A DNA stretch of 64,000 bases, taken from an uncultured Chloroflexia bacterium (GTDB taxonomy: Bacteria > Chloroflexota > Anaerolineae > CG2-30-64-16). Shown here one piece after another: positions 1 to 9,910 of the stretch; position 1 is the stretch's first letter; each line of letters begins with the position of its first letter. The notes beneath the pieces are model-generated. The model saw only the letters and a list, made by a program, of their open reading frames with translations. It did not search any database and was not told the origin of the DNA. Location of the stretch: NCBI GenBank assembly GCA_963810095.1, contig CAWEMM010000006.1, positions 1,088,001 to 1,152,000 on the forward strand, given 5' to 3'. A program made the position numbers and the translations under genes.

Positions 1-2
1 AC

Positions 3-83
3 CCGGAATTCGTCGAGATCGACATCGAGGGCAAAGATCGCACGGCCGTAAAACTGATGATCATGCCGCGCACCGTGGCCTGA
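3..83 (+). CDS. spoVS: 3' end of SpoVS family (Alba-like) protein, partial
   Basis: Frame from base 3 reads PEFVEIDIEGKDRTAVKLMIMPRTVA*, matching the SpoVS C-terminal pattern P-x-F-x-x-I-x-I-x-G-x-x-R-T-A-x-K-L. Confidence 0.8.
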   Translation, partial: PEFVEIDIEGKDRTAVKLMIMPRTVA

Positions 84-150
84 AACCCGGCGCGAAGCGC
101 AGCGCTCCGGGGAGCCAGGCACGCCGAATCCCTGCGCGGGTCTTTCTCGA

Positions 151-183
151 ACAAGCGGACAGCCGCCCGGCTGCCCGCTTGTC
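151..183. terminator. Hairpin between convergent spoVS and ricT
   Basis: ACAAGCGGACAGCCG-CC-CGGCTGCCCGCTTGT inverted repeat with one mismatch. Confidence 0.55.
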
Positions 184-207
184 TGCTTAATGGCCCTGCG
201 GCCCGCG

Positions 208-1200
208 CTAACGCTTCTTACGCCTGGGGCGCGGGGCATGCGACCCGGGCCCGTCGTCCGCTGCCGGCGCTTGCCCCCGGTCTCTCTTCCCCAGGTCGGC
301 GTCGTCCGCGTCCTGAACGTCGAGCTCGTCGCCCTCGGCCCCCTGGACCGCCAATTGTGCCGCACCCGAGGCGGGAGTCCTCGTCGGCAGCGTGAACTCG
401 GGCGCGGTGATATCCATTTGCACCCACGAACGCGTCTCGTTCGGCCCCTCGACCATCAGCGTGATCCTGTTCGCAAGCACATGCACCTGGCGCACCTTGC
501 CCGGGCCCTCGGGCGTCTCGACGATGCTGTTGATGCGCGGCATCTGCTTGCGCGCCTCGTTGTAGAAGTCGTTTTCGTAGGCCAGGCAGCACAGCAGCCG
601 CCCGCACACCCCCGAGACTTCCGGCGCATTCAGCGGCAGGTCCTGCGTTTTCGCCATCTTAATGCTGACGGGCGTGAACTCGCGCAGCCATGTCGCACAG
701 CACAGCTCACGGCCGCACTTTCCGAACCCACCCAGGAATTTCGCTTCGTCCCGCACGCCTACCTGGCGCATTTCCACCCGCGTGCGGAGTTGGCCCGATA
801 GGTCGTGGACCAGGTTGCGAAAGTCAACCCGCTGCTCCGACGTGAAGTAGACGACCGCGCTCGAGCCGTCGAAGTTGAATTCGACGCTGCTGATCTTGAT
901 GGACATGCCGAGCGCCTGCGCGCGGCTGATCGCAATCTGCAGCGCTTCGGGCTCACGATGCGCCATCTGGTCTGCCTGCACCATGTCGAACGCGGTTGCA
1001 CGGCGCACGACCGGCTTCAGCGTTCCTGCAACCTCGTCTTCGCTTACCTCTCGCGGCGCAAAGACCACCTGCCCCACCGTTCGCCCACGCGAGGTTTCGA
1101 CGATTACGTATTCTTTTGGCTGCAGGTCATTGAGCCCTTGAGGATCGAAATAGTAGACTTTCGTAACGGGTCGAAATGCCACGCCCACTACCGTTGGCAT
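208..1200 (-). CDS. ricT: PSP1-domain protein RicT/YaaT (stage 0 sporulation family)
   Basis: Start MPTVVGVAFRPVTKVYYFDP after a GGAG RBS; RVDFRNLV, RDEAK..GG.G.CGRELCC, SIKMAKTQ and SGVCGRLLCCLAYEN motifs; lies downstream of holB. Confidence 0.92.
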   Translation of the reverse strand: MPTVVGVAFRPVTKVYYFDPQGLNDLQPKEYVIVETSRGRTVGQVVFAPREVSEDEVAGTLKPVVRRATAFDMVQADQMAHREPEALQIAISRAQALGMSIKISSVEFNFDGSSAVVYFTSEQRVDFRNLVHDLSGQLRTRVEMRQVGVRDEAKFLGGFGKCGRELCCATWLREFTPVSIKMAKTQDLPLNAPEVSGVCGRLLCCLAYENDFYNEARKQMPRINSIVETPEGPGKVRQVHVLANRITLMVEGPNETRSWVQMDITAPEFTLPTRTPASGAAQLAVQGAEGDELDVQDADDADLGKRDRGQAPAADDGPGSHAPRPRRKKR

Positions 1201-1222
1201 ATTGTTAGCTCCTATGTCGGTT

Positions 1223-1284
1223 AAGAAACCCGGTTCCTGCGCGAAACCCCGGATTCCTCCACGCTGGGAGAAACCCTGTCTCCT
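1223..1284. repeat. Three degenerate GAAACC(C)GGTT(T/C)CT palindromic REP-like units
   Basis: AGAAACCCGGTTCCT, GAAACCCCGGATTCCT, GAAACCCTGTCTCCT; a related copy is at 22856-22870. Confidence 0.55.
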
Positions 1285-1289
1285 AACCG

Positions 1290-2315
1290 TTATGTGACTG
1301 CTGGCTTGGGTAACCGCAAGAGCAGCACGTCCAGCGAGAGACGCAGATTCACGTTGCCCCGCACGCGGCGCAGCGTCAGCATCAGGTCGGCCAAGGCCGC
1401 CTGCACTTGCTCGGGGCGGTACAGCGCTGCCTGCTGGATCAATTGCGACTTGCGGTCGAGATTCAAGAGGGCATCCGCCTGCCCCTGTTGGGCGACCACG
1501 CCCTGCTGAACGAGGAGGATATCGCGCCACCAGCCGGCCCACAGGCCAAGCGCGCTTTCGACGTTTTCGGCCGACCGGCTCAAGCTTTCCGCGTAATTGA
1601 GACGCCCGACGTGCCCCTCGCCCACCAGGGTCAGGAGATCGTCGAGATATTTGCTCCGCGTCTGCCACACTTGCGGATCGGTCGCTGCGCCCACGGCCCA
1701 ACCCAGCCGTCCGGCGCTCAGCCGGGCCAGCAGAATCGCCTGGTCCTCGGCCACGTCCCACCGAGTCTGCAGCGCATTCGCCACGTCGTCGATGGGCAGG
1801 CTGCGCAGCCCGAGAATCTGGCAGCGCGACAGCACGGTCGGCAACACCATGTCGCGGCGGTTGCTCGTGAGCAGCAGCACCACGTGCGGAGGGGGCTCTT
1901 CCAACGTCTTAAGCAGTGCGTTCGCAGCCGCCGGCGTGGCCCGCTCGATCTCCCGGATCACGAACACCTTGCGCCGGCCCTCGAGCGGCGCGACGGCTGC
2001 ATCGAGCTGTAGGTTCCGGATCTGGTCGATCTGGATCCAGTTCTTCTCGGCCGAGATGATCTGCACGTCTGGATAGCGGCCTTCGCCGACCCGGTGGCAT
2101 GCCCGGCACGCGCCGCACGGCCCCCCGTCTCCCTCGGGACCTGCCGCGCGCTCGCAGACGAGTGCACGGCTGAAGGCTCGCGCCAGGGTTGTCTTGCCGA
2201 TCTGGGCCGGGCCGAGGAGCAGGTAGGCATGGCTGACCCGCTCGCTGCGCACCGCTTGCGCCAGCAAGTCGATTGCCCATGCATGCCCCACCACGCCCCA
2301 ATCCGCCATCCGCAC
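1290..2315 (-). CDS. holB: DNA polymerase III subunit delta'
   Basis: HAYLLLGPAQIGKTT, zinc module C..PCGACRAC, AANALLKTLEEPP, LPTVLSRCQ. Confidence 0.95.
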   Translation of the reverse strand: MRMADWGVVGHAWAIDLLAQAVRSERVSHAYLLLGPAQIGKTTLARAFSRALVCERAAGPEGDGGPCGACRACHRVGEGRYPDVQIISAEKNWIQIDQIRNLQLDAAVAPLEGRRKVFVIREIERATPAAANALLKTLEEPPPHVVLLLTSNRRDMVLPTVLSRCQILGLRSLPIDDVANALQTRWDVAEDQAILLARLSAGRLGWAVGAATDPQVWQTRSKYLDDLLTLVGEGHVGRLNYAESLSRSAENVESALGLWAGWWRDILLVQQGVVAQQGQADALLNLDRKSQLIQQAALYRPEQVQAALADLMLTLRRVRGNVNLRLSLDVLLLRLPKPAVT

Positions 2316-2329
2316 GCCTCCGGACGATC

Positions 2330-2338
2330 ATTGTAGCA
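2330..2338 (-). promoter_or_regulatory. Extended -10 promoter for holB-ricT
   Basis: Minus-strand TGCTACAAT about 15 nt upstream of the start. Confidence 0.5.
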
Positions 2339-2482
2339 TAGCTTACGGGCTTTCGCCCAAAGCCGGCCGTTTGGCGCACGAAGGGGGGTTTGGAACGTGA
2401 GGCGCCGGCGCAGCGTGCAGGATGAAGGGCGCCAAGTTTACGCCGGCGGCAGATCGGGTATGATAAGCTGCAGAGAGGTGCT

Positions 2483-3763
2483 ATGGAAGTCGATCTGCTC
2501 ATCCACAACGCCGGACAGCTGGTGACACTTGCCGGAAAACCGGGCCCCCGCCGCGGCGCCGACATGCGGGACCTCGCGATCATCGCCCGGGGTGCAGTGG
2601 CGGTCGCCGGCAGCCGCATCGTCGCTGTTGGCCCGGAGGCAGAGCTTGCTGCTTCCGTTGAGCCCGCCGCGACCCTCGATGCGGGCGGCCGGGCGGTCAT
2701 TCCCGGGTTTGTCGACCCCCACACGCACCTGCCGTGGGCAGGCCACCGGGCGCACGAGTTCGAGCTGCGCATCGGCGGCGCCAGCTACATGGAGATCATG
2801 GCCGCGGGCGGCGGGATTGTGCGGACGGTGAGCGACACTCGGGCTGCGCCGCTAGACCGGCTGGTGGCAGAAACGGCCGAGCGGGCCCAACGCATGTTGG
2901 CCTATGGCACGACCACGGCCGAGGCGAAGACGGGCTACGGTCTCAATGTGCCCGACGAGCTAAAGCAGCTTGAGAGCATCGCCAGGCTCCAGCAGCAAGG
3001 CCCGCTCGACCTGGTCCCCACCTTCCTCGGCGCGCATGCAGTGCCCGCAGAATACCGGGGCCGCACAGACGCCTACGTGGACCTGGTCGTGAACGAAATG
3101 CTGGCGGCCGCGTGGCAGAAGTGGCAGGCGATCAGAGACATCTTCCCCCCGGATTGGCCCATCTTCTGCGACGTTTTCTGCGAGGACGGCGCCTTTGACC
3201 TGGCCCAATCGCGGCGCATCTTGGAGGCGGCCAAAAAGCTGGGCTTCCGGCTGAAGATGCACGTGGACGAGTTTGCCCCGCTCGGAGGGACCCCCCTCGC
3301 CGTCGAACTGGGGGCCGTTTCGGTCGACCACATCGTGACGACGCCGCCCGACCACGTGGCCCTGCTCGCACAGTCCGCTACCATCGGCGTGGCGCTGCCC
3401 GGCACGCCGTTCGGGCTGGCACATCACGACTACAGCCCGGGGCGCGCTCTCATCGACGGGGGCGGTGCGCTCGCGCTTGCCACCGACCTTAACCCCGGCA
3501 CCTCGTGGTGCGAGAACATGCAGCTGATGCTGGCGCTGGCCTGCCGCTACATGCGGCTGCTGCCCGCCGAGGCGCTGGTGGCCGCAACGCTCAATGCCGC
3601 TTATGCGATCGGCCTGGGCCATCTGGTTGGCAGCATTGAGGTGGGCAAACAGGCCGATCTCCTGGTGCTCGACGCCGGCGACTACCGAATGCTCCCGTAC
3701 CGGTATGGGACGAATATGGTCAGGCAGGTGGTCAAGCGGGGAAGCGTGGTGTGGTGCTCTTAG
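2483..3763 (+). CDS. hutI: Imidazolonepropionase
   Basis: PGFVDPHTH, GASYMEIMAAGGGI, EAKTGYGL, FLGAHAVP, DVFCEDGAF, ATDLNPG. Confidence 0.95.
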   Translation: MEVDLLIHNAGQLVTLAGKPGPRRGADMRDLAIIARGAVAVAGSRIVAVGPEAELAASVEPAATLDAGGRAVIPGFVDPHTHLPWAGHRAHEFELRIGGASYMEIMAAGGGIVRTVSDTRAAPLDRLVAETAERAQRMLAYGTTTAEAKTGYGLNVPDELKQLESIARLQQQGPLDLVPTFLGAHAVPAEYRGRTDAYVDLVVNEMLAAAWQKWQAIRDIFPPDWPIFCDVFCEDGAFDLAQSRRILEAAKKLGFRLKMHVDEFAPLGGTPLAVELGAVSVDHIVTTPPDHVALLAQSATIGVALPGTPFGLAHHDYSPGRALIDGGGALALATDLNPGTSWCENMQLMLALACRYMRLLPAEALVAATLNAAYAIGLGHLVGSIEVGKQADLLVLDAGDYRMLPYRYGTNMVRQVVKRGSVVWCS

Positions 3764-4221
3764 CCCCGGACCTTCACGAGCATGGTCCAAGTGCCTTTCT
3801 GGACCGTTTCTTCGCGTTGGTTTATCACTTCCACGTTGAAAGTGACCAGCCCGCCGCCAAGCCGGGGCATCAGCTTTTTCTCCGCAATTTCTGCTCGGAC
3901 CTTGATCGTGTCTCCGATCTTGATCGCGCCCCGGAACTTCCAGTCCAACCCCATAAAGGCGATGACCGTTTCTTCGAGGAAGCCGAGCCGGATCGCCAGG
4001 CCGCTGGCGATCGACAGGCCGAGCAGGCCGTGCGCGATGCGCTCGCCGAACATGCCGTTCTTCGCATACTCGGCGTCCACGTGGATGGCGTTCCAGTCCC
4101 CGCTGAGCGCCGCGAAGTTCACGATGTCGGTCTCGGTGACCGTGCGCGCCATGGTCGTCGCAGTGTCGCCGATGTTATAATCCTCGAAGTATAGCCCTTG
4201 CCGGGTGGCGATTTCGCCCAT
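3760..4221 (-). CDS. MaoC family (hotdog-fold) dehydratase
   Basis: MGEIATRQGLYFED start after GGAGG; FAALSGDWNAIHVDAEYA...FGERIAHG hydratase motif. Confidence 0.9.
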   Translation of the reverse strand: MGEIATRQGLYFEDYNIGDTATTMARTVTETDIVNFAALSGDWNAIHVDAEYAKNGMFGERIAHGLLGLSIASGLAIRLGFLEETVIAFMGLDWKFRGAIKIGDTIKVRAEIAEKKLMPRLGGGLVTFNVEVINQREETVQKGTWTMLVKVRG

Positions 4222-4360
4222 GTCGTCCTCCGTGGTGGTGAGTCGAAGAAAGCCCCGCGGGTGCCGCGGCCGGCCGAAGCCTCGACTCCGGTTGTCCGTG
4301 CAGGCGCATGATAACTGCCCCCCGCCCAACTGTCCATTTCCCACGCCCGTCGAAGGGCGG

Positions 4361-4366
4361 TATAAT
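4361..4366 (+). promoter_or_regulatory. -10 element for the lipoprotein gene
   Basis: Perfect TATAAT in a GC-rich divergent intergenic region. Confidence 0.5.
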
Positions 4367-4401
4367 CGCCGGAACGCTGCGATGGCATCGATCAGGAAGA
4401 G

Positions 4402-5832
4402 GTGGTTATGGCGCACCGGTTGCTCGTCCTCGCCCGTGCCCGCCCAGGGCGGGCGCACGAAAGACGTCCTCGTGCTTGTCAGGCCGTGCTCTTCCTTCTG
4501 ATCCTTGTCACGGCGGCTGCCTGCACCGGCCAGCTCCCGCCCGTCATCCCGTCGACACCAACGGCTCAGGCTCCCCTGCCCGGCGCCCCCACCACAGGCA
4601 CCTTCGTTCCGGCCCCAGCCCCCGACGCCGACCTGCTCGCGCTGCCTGCGGCATTTCGCTACGAAGTCACCTTGCGCCCACTGCAGGCCGACACGCCCAC
4701 CACGGTGATTCGCGGCCAATACCGGGCGGGCGCGTGGGCGCAGAGCGCACGCACGGGCGATCAGGGGGGCGACGAGCTGGTCGTCGCGCGCGATCCGGCC
4801 ACCAATCGCCTCAACAGCTACACCCGAGCGGCCGGCGATGCCGACTGGACGCGCTGGCCCGGCGTCACGTTTGAGGCGGCCTTTGGCCTGGCTTCGCCGT
4901 TCACCGTGCTGCGCCTGTGGCCGCTGGCAACCCGCTCCGCGCCCGCCGATGCCGCCGTGGACCCTGCGGTCCAACCGGGCGAAAGCAAGACGCAAGCCCT
5001 TTTCTCTACGGAGATCGTGCAGCGCGTCCTCACCGCCGGCGTATTGGCCATAGCCAGCGACGAAGACACCCGCCGCGCGCTCGAGGAACAGACTGCCCCG
5101 TTCATCGTTCCGCAGACCGTGACCTACCGCACGGATGCCGGCGGGAAAGTGCTGAGCGCGGCCGCGACCCTGCTCACCCTCGCGCCCAATAACGAGGCCG
5201 CACCGTGGGTCGAGTTCACCGCGACTTACTCGGGCTATGACGACCCGGCGATCGTCGTGGCTGCGCCGGTCGGTGCGACCGACATTGCTCAGGTCACGGG
5301 CAGCGACGCGATCGCGGAGCAGGCCTCAGAAGTCCAGCCCGGCGTCAACCTCCGGGTGCGGGTGTTCGCAGCCGCGGGCGAACCGGCCACGGACGCCGTT
5401 GTGACGGCCTATCCGGTGGGGAAGAAGACGGCGGCCGGCGAGAAGCTCGGCCCGGATGCTCAGTTCACCCTCCCGCCCGGACTCTATGACCTGATGGTGC
5501 GGTCGGGCGGCGCACAGCAGTGGGTGAAAGGCGTAACCGTTACCAAGGACACGGTCGCCTCGAACGACGTGCTCTTCGACTTCGCCCAATTGACGGTCGC
5601 CGTGAAGCTGAACGGTGCGGCACCCGCGGTCGACGTGGTCGTTTATCCGACCGGCGAGACGAACAGCTTTGCCGGCTTTGCCAGCGATAACCCGGCCCGC
5701 TTCCGCTTGCCCGTGGGAATTTACGATGTCGAAGCCGCGACGCAGGATGGCGCCGCCCGCAAACGCATCGCCGGCGTCGAGGTGCGCTCGGGGCTCGAGA
5801 CGACCCTCGATATTGACCTGGCCCGGCCGTAG
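4402..5832 (+). CDS. Putative lipoprotein with two C-terminal beta-sandwich repeats
   Basis: Hydrophobic segment ending TAAAC (lipobox-like); repeats LPPGLYDLMV and LPVGIYDVEA; start uncertain. Confidence 0.65.
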   Translation: MVMAHRLLVLARARPGRAHERRPRACQAVLFLLILVTAAACTGQLPPVIPSTPTAQAPLPGAPTTGTFVPAPAPDADLLALPAAFRYEVTLRPLQADTPTTVIRGQYRAGAWAQSARTGDQGGDELVVARDPATNRLNSYTRAAGDADWTRWPGVTFEAAFGLASPFTVLRLWPLATRSAPADAAVDPAVQPGESKTQALFSTEIVQRVLTAGVLAIASDEDTRRALEEQTAPFIVPQTVTYRTDAGGKVLSAAATLLTLAPNNEAAPWVEFTATYSGYDDPAIVVAAPVGATDIAQVTGSDAIAEQASEVQPGVNLRVRVFAAAGEPATDAVVTAYPVGKKTAAGEKLGPDAQFTLPPGLYDLMVRSGGAQQWVKGVTVTKDTVASNDVLFDFAQLTVAVKLNGAAPAVDVVVYPTGETNSFAGFASDNPARFRLPVGIYDVEAATQDGAARKRIAGVEVRSGLETTLDIDLARP

Positions 5833-5931
5833 GCCTGGTCCAGGGGGACTCAATCTGTCGGGCGCGAACCGCCGACACGCTCTCACCATTCAGCTTGCGA
5901 CCGGCGAACCGCTGCCGAAAAAGGAGCTCGC

Positions 5932-7320
5932 ATGAAACCCTGGGAAACTTACCTGGCCGAGCATCATGCTGCGTCGGTCGCAGAACTGGTTGATTTTCTG
6001 CGCATCCCATCGATCTCGAGCCTCAAAAATCACCTGCCCGACGTCGAGCAGGCTGCGCAATGGACTGCCGGCCGGATGCGCAAGGCCGGCATCGAAAACG
6101 TGCAAGTCATGCCCACCGCGGGCCATCCTGTCGTCTACGGCGACTGGCTGCACGCGGCCGGCGCGCCCACCGTCCTGATCTACGGCCACTTCGACGTGCA
6201 GCCGGCCGATCCCCTGAACCTGTGGACGACCCCACCCTTCGAGCCCGACGTCCGCGACGGCCGGGTATATGCGCGTGGGGCGGGCGACGACAAGGGCAAC
6301 ATGCTCATCCCGATCCTCGTGGCCGAGGCGTTCCTGAAGACCGAGGGCACGCTCCCGGTGAACCTCAAGTTCATCTTCGAGGGGCAGGAGGAAATCGGCA
6401 GCCCCCAGTTCGTGCCGTTCGTCGCCGAGAACCGGGCGTTGCTCGCGGCCGACCTTGTCATTAGCGCGGACGGCGGGCAGGAGGCGGAAGACCAGCCGGT
6501 CCTGTTGGTCGGCTTGAAGGGCCTGGTGCCCCTGCAGGTGGACGTCTACGCTGCAAACACAGACCTGCATTCGGGCGTACACGGCGGGGCCGTGCCGAAC
6601 CCCATTCACGCGCTCGTCCGCATCCTCGACAGCCTCCGCAACCCCGATGGCAGGATTGCCGTGCCGGGCTTCTTCGACGCTGTTGTCGACCTCTCAGACG
6701 AAGAGCGCCGGCAGATAGCGGCCGTGCCGTTTGACGAGCAAAAGTATCTCGCCGATCTTGGGGTGACGACCGGCTTCGGCGAACCGGGGTATACGACGCG
6801 CGAGCGGGCCTGGGCGCGACCGACCCTGGAGCTCAACGGCATTTGGGGTGGGTTCGAGGGCGAGGGCGTCAAGACGGTCTTGCCAAAGGAGGCCCACGCC
6901 AAGATCACGTGCCGGCTGGTGGCCGACCAGGATCCAGACGAGGTGTACCGGGCGATCGATGCGCATGTGCGGCGTGTCGCAGGCGAGCAGACGCCCGGGG
7001 TTCGGGTGGAGGTCACCCAGCAGCCGGGCAAGGCATACCCGTATTTGATGCCTGCGGATCACCCGGCCAACCGGCTGGTAGGGGATGTGCTGGCGTCGCT
7101 CTACGGCAAACCGCCCCACTTCGTCAGGATGGGGGGCAGCGTGCCGGTGCTCGTGGCTTTCCTTCGCCAGCTCGGGGTGTACACCGTCACCCTGGCCTTT
7201 GCGCTGGATGACGAACGGCACCACGCGCCCGATGAGTTCTTCCGCCTGGCGAGCTTTGAGAGAGGCAAGCGCGCGTTCGGTGCGGTCTGGGAGCGGATCG
7301 GGGAACGCGGGTTGGAATAG
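5932..7320 (+). CDS. M20 family dipeptidase
   Basis: AAGGAG RBS; YGHFDVQP, ARGAGDDKG, EGQEEIGSP, DLHSG, HHAPDE. Confidence 0.92.
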   Translation: MKPWETYLAEHHAASVAELVDFLRIPSISSLKNHLPDVEQAAQWTAGRMRKAGIENVQVMPTAGHPVVYGDWLHAAGAPTVLIYGHFDVQPADPLNLWTTPPFEPDVRDGRVYARGAGDDKGNMLIPILVAEAFLKTEGTLPVNLKFIFEGQEEIGSPQFVPFVAENRALLAADLVISADGGQEAEDQPVLLVGLKGLVPLQVDVYAANTDLHSGVHGGAVPNPIHALVRILDSLRNPDGRIAVPGFFDAVVDLSDEERRQIAAVPFDEQKYLADLGVTTGFGEPGYTTRERAWARPTLELNGIWGGFEGEGVKTVLPKEAHAKITCRLVADQDPDEVYRAIDAHVRRVAGEQTPGVRVEVTQQPGKAYPYLMPADHPANRLVGDVLASLYGKPPHFVRMGGSVPVLVAFLRQLGVYTVTLAFALDDERHHAPDEFFRLASFERGKRAFGAVWERIGERGLE

Positions 7321-7322
7321 AG

Positions 7323-7405
7323 CACTGATTGAACTGATTGAACTGATTCACATGACTCGTTCCAAAGGAATCATGCAAATCAATTCAATAGGTTGGATCT
7401 GCGTC
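7323..7405. repeat. 9-bp tandem repeat (ACTGATTGA x~3) with a degenerate inverted copy
   Basis: ACTGATTGAACTGATTGAACTGATT ... AATCAATTCAATAGGTTGGATCTGCG. Confidence 0.55.
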
Positions 7406-7988
7406 CCATTAATCTCTCCAGCCGCGCCTTGACCTGGGGCCACTCGCCGTCGACGATGCTGTAGATGACGGAATCGCGTATCGTCCCGTCCGGCCGGATC
7501 ATGTGGTTGCGCAGCACGCCTTCGCGCACCGCGCCGATCCGCTCGATTGCGACCTGCGAGCGGACGTTATTGCGGTCGGTCTTAAGCTGCACGCGGATGC
7601 ACCCCCACGCCTCAAACGCGTGGCGCAGCAGCAGGTACTTGCACTCGGTGTTAACCCCCGTGCGCTGGTAGGCGGGGCCGTACCACGTTCCGCCCACCTC
7701 CAACCCGCGGTCGGCAACAGAGATGTTCATGTACCGGGTGCAGCCTACCGGCTTACCGGTTTCACGGTAAATCACGGCAAACGGCAGGTCCGTCCCTCTG
7801 GCTTGGCGCGCCAGCAGGTCCTGCACGAAGGCCAGGATCTTGGCCTCGCTATCGACGTTGCCGTACAGCATGTGCCGCCAGATATCGGGCTCCAGGCCGA
7901 CTTCGGCCAGCCCCGGCGCATGCGCCTCGCTCAACGGCGCCAGTCGCACGAGCCTCCCCTCGAGTGTAAGCGGCTGCAGTTCGATCAT
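7380..7988 (-). CDS. GNAT (RimJ/RimL-like) N-acetyltransferase
   Basis: LEVGGTWY..YQRTGVNTECKYLLL, RVQLKTD..N.RSQ.AIERIGA.REGVLR. Confidence 0.9.
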   Translation of the reverse strand: MIELQPLTLEGRLVRLAPLSEAHAPGLAEVGLEPDIWRHMLYGNVDSEAKILAFVQDLLARQARGTDLPFAVIYRETGKPVGCTRYMNISVADRGLEVGGTWYGPAYQRTGVNTECKYLLLRHAFEAWGCIRVQLKTDRNNVRSQVAIERIGAVREGVLRNHMIRPDGTIRDSVIYSIVDGEWPQVKARLERLMGRRSNLLN

Positions 7989-8036
7989 TTTCTCACCATC
8001 GGTAATCTTCCCGCTGGAAAGTCGTCTCGCTTCCAG

Positions 8037-8042
8037 TATAAT
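8037..8042 (+). promoter_or_regulatory. -10 element upstream of the rnj leader
   Basis: TATAAT about 130 nt before the rnj ATG. Confidence 0.5.
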
Positions 8043-8060
8043 AGCGTGGAAGGTAAAGCA

Positions 8061-8152
8061 GGAATGGGGCGCCGCTCGAACGGATGAGACGGATTCTCAT
8101 GATCACTGGTAACAGTTACCGGTCGGGATCAGCCCGACCGGCGTCCTATTCC
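8061..8152 (+). ncRNA. Candidate structured 5' leader of rnj
   Basis: 14-bp closing helix 8061-8074/8139-8152 with two G-U pairs, plus internal hairpins; I recognise no family. Confidence 0.45.
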
Positions 8153-8174
8153 AACCCCAAAGGATAACAAACAT

Positions 8175-9840
8175 ATGGCGGAAGCACTGCGCATCATCCC
8201 CCTGGGCGGGTTGGGCGAAATCGGCAAGAACATGATGCTCTTCGAGTATCAGAACCACATCCTGGTCGTGGATGTAGGCATCATGTTTCCGGAGTTTGAC
8301 ATGTTGGGCATCGACCTCGTCCTGCCCGACTACACTTATTTGCGCGACCACGCCGAGGAGGTCGCGGGCATCATCATCTCGCACGGCCACGAGGATCACA
8401 TCGGCGGCCTACCCTACCTGCTGGGCGACGCGCTGCCCGCCGACACGCCGATCTATGCCACGCCGCTTGCGCTGGGCCTGATCCGCGCAAAACTGTCGGA
8501 GCATCCCACCATCGAAGGCATCGACCTGCGGCCTGTTTCGGCCGGCTCCACCATCACCGTCGGACCCTTCGAGGTCGAGTTCCTCGCCATCACCCACTCC
8601 ATCCCGGACGGCGTGGGCCTGGCAATCAAGACGCCGGTCGGGCTGGTCATCCACACCGGTGACTTCAAGTTTGACTACACACCGGTGCGCGGTTCGGGTC
8701 CGGGGTTCGCCCGGCTGGGGCAACTGGGCGCCCAGGGCGTCCTCGCGCTGCTCAGCGACTCGACCGGCTCGGAACGGGCAGGGCACACGCCTTCTGAATC
8801 GGTCATCGCGCCCGCGTTCGACCAGATCTTCCGGGAAGCACCCGGCCGCATCATCCTCGCCACGTTTGCCTCCCTGCTCAGCCGTGTGCAGCAGGTTATC
8901 GACGCCGCGCAGCGCCACGGCCGGGTGGTCGCGCTTGCGGGCTATTCGATGGTCAAGACCGCGGAGATCGCGCAGCGAGCTGGGTCACCTGGAGGCACCC
9001 GAGGGGGTGCTCGTGGACCTGGCGGAAGCACTGAAGCTGCCGGACGATAAGGTTGCCATCGTAACGACCGGCTCGCAGGGCCAGCCAGAGGCCGCGCTCG
9101 CACGCATGGCCGAAGGCACCCACCGCCAGATCGAAGTTAAGCCGGGCGACACCATCATCCTATCCTCCACGCCCATTCCCGGCAACGAGGAAGAGGTCTC
9201 GCGGCTCATCAACAAGCTGATCGCACGCGGCGCCGAGCTGATCTACCCGCCGCTGGCGGCCGTCCATGTTTCCGGCCACGCCAGCCAGGAAGAGCTCAAG
9301 CTGATGCTGTCGCTCACCCGGCCCAAGTTTTTTGTGCCGGTCCACGGCGAGCTGCGCCACATGCATGCCCACGCTCGCCTGGCGCGGCAGTTGGGCATTC
9401 CCGCCGAGAACATCGTGATGGCAGAAGACGGTGAAGTGCTGGAGCTGACCGCCCACCGCCTGAAGGTGAAGAAGGAGCGCGTGCCGGCGGGCAACGTCTA
9501 CGTGCACGGCAAGGGGGTTGGCGATGTGGGCCGCCGGGTGATCGCCGAGCGGGAGATCCTGGGGAACAACGGCTTTGTGCTGGCCGTGGTGCCCATTCAC
9601 CCCGTCACCGGCGACATTACGGACAAGCCCGAACTCATCTCCAGGGGCTTCGTGTTCCAGAAGGAGAGCAGCGACCTGATGGAGCGCGCGGCCGAATCGG
9701 TCTACAACGCGTTGAAGGAAGGCAAGGTGCGGCAGCGGCAGGCGATCATCGACCGCACCCAGGGGCTCCTCGGTCGCTTCTTCTTCGAGCAAACAAAGCG
9801 CAAGCCGATGGTCCTCGCCGTCGTAACGCACTGCGAGTAG
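8175..9840 (+). CDS. rnj: Ribonuclease J (apparent frameshift near 8975)
   Basis: PLGGLGEIGKNM, SHGHEDHIGG, HTGDFK, TGSQGQPEAAL, HVSGHA, PVHGE; split over ORFs 8175..9050 and 8659..9840. Confidence 0.93.
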
Positions 9841-9910
9841 ATCAACGGGCCCCGATCTGGGGGGTCGTTGATCTCCGGCTGCCTTCATCAGCCCGGCAGC
9901 GCATCTGAGA

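Noticed and set aside
1-1200. Endospore-formation locus
   Set aside because: spoVS and PSP1/ricT are widespread in non-sporulating phyla; no other sporulation genes are present
8081-8152. Hammerhead ribozyme or known riboswitch in the rnj leader
   Set aside because: CGGATGAG deviates from CUGAUGA and there is no GAAA core; I recognise no known aptamer consensus
8175-9840. Pseudogenes or programmed frameshifting in rnj and others
   Set aside because: No slippery heptamers and no accumulated stops; indels are scattered across unrelated genes, so sequencing error is more parsimonious
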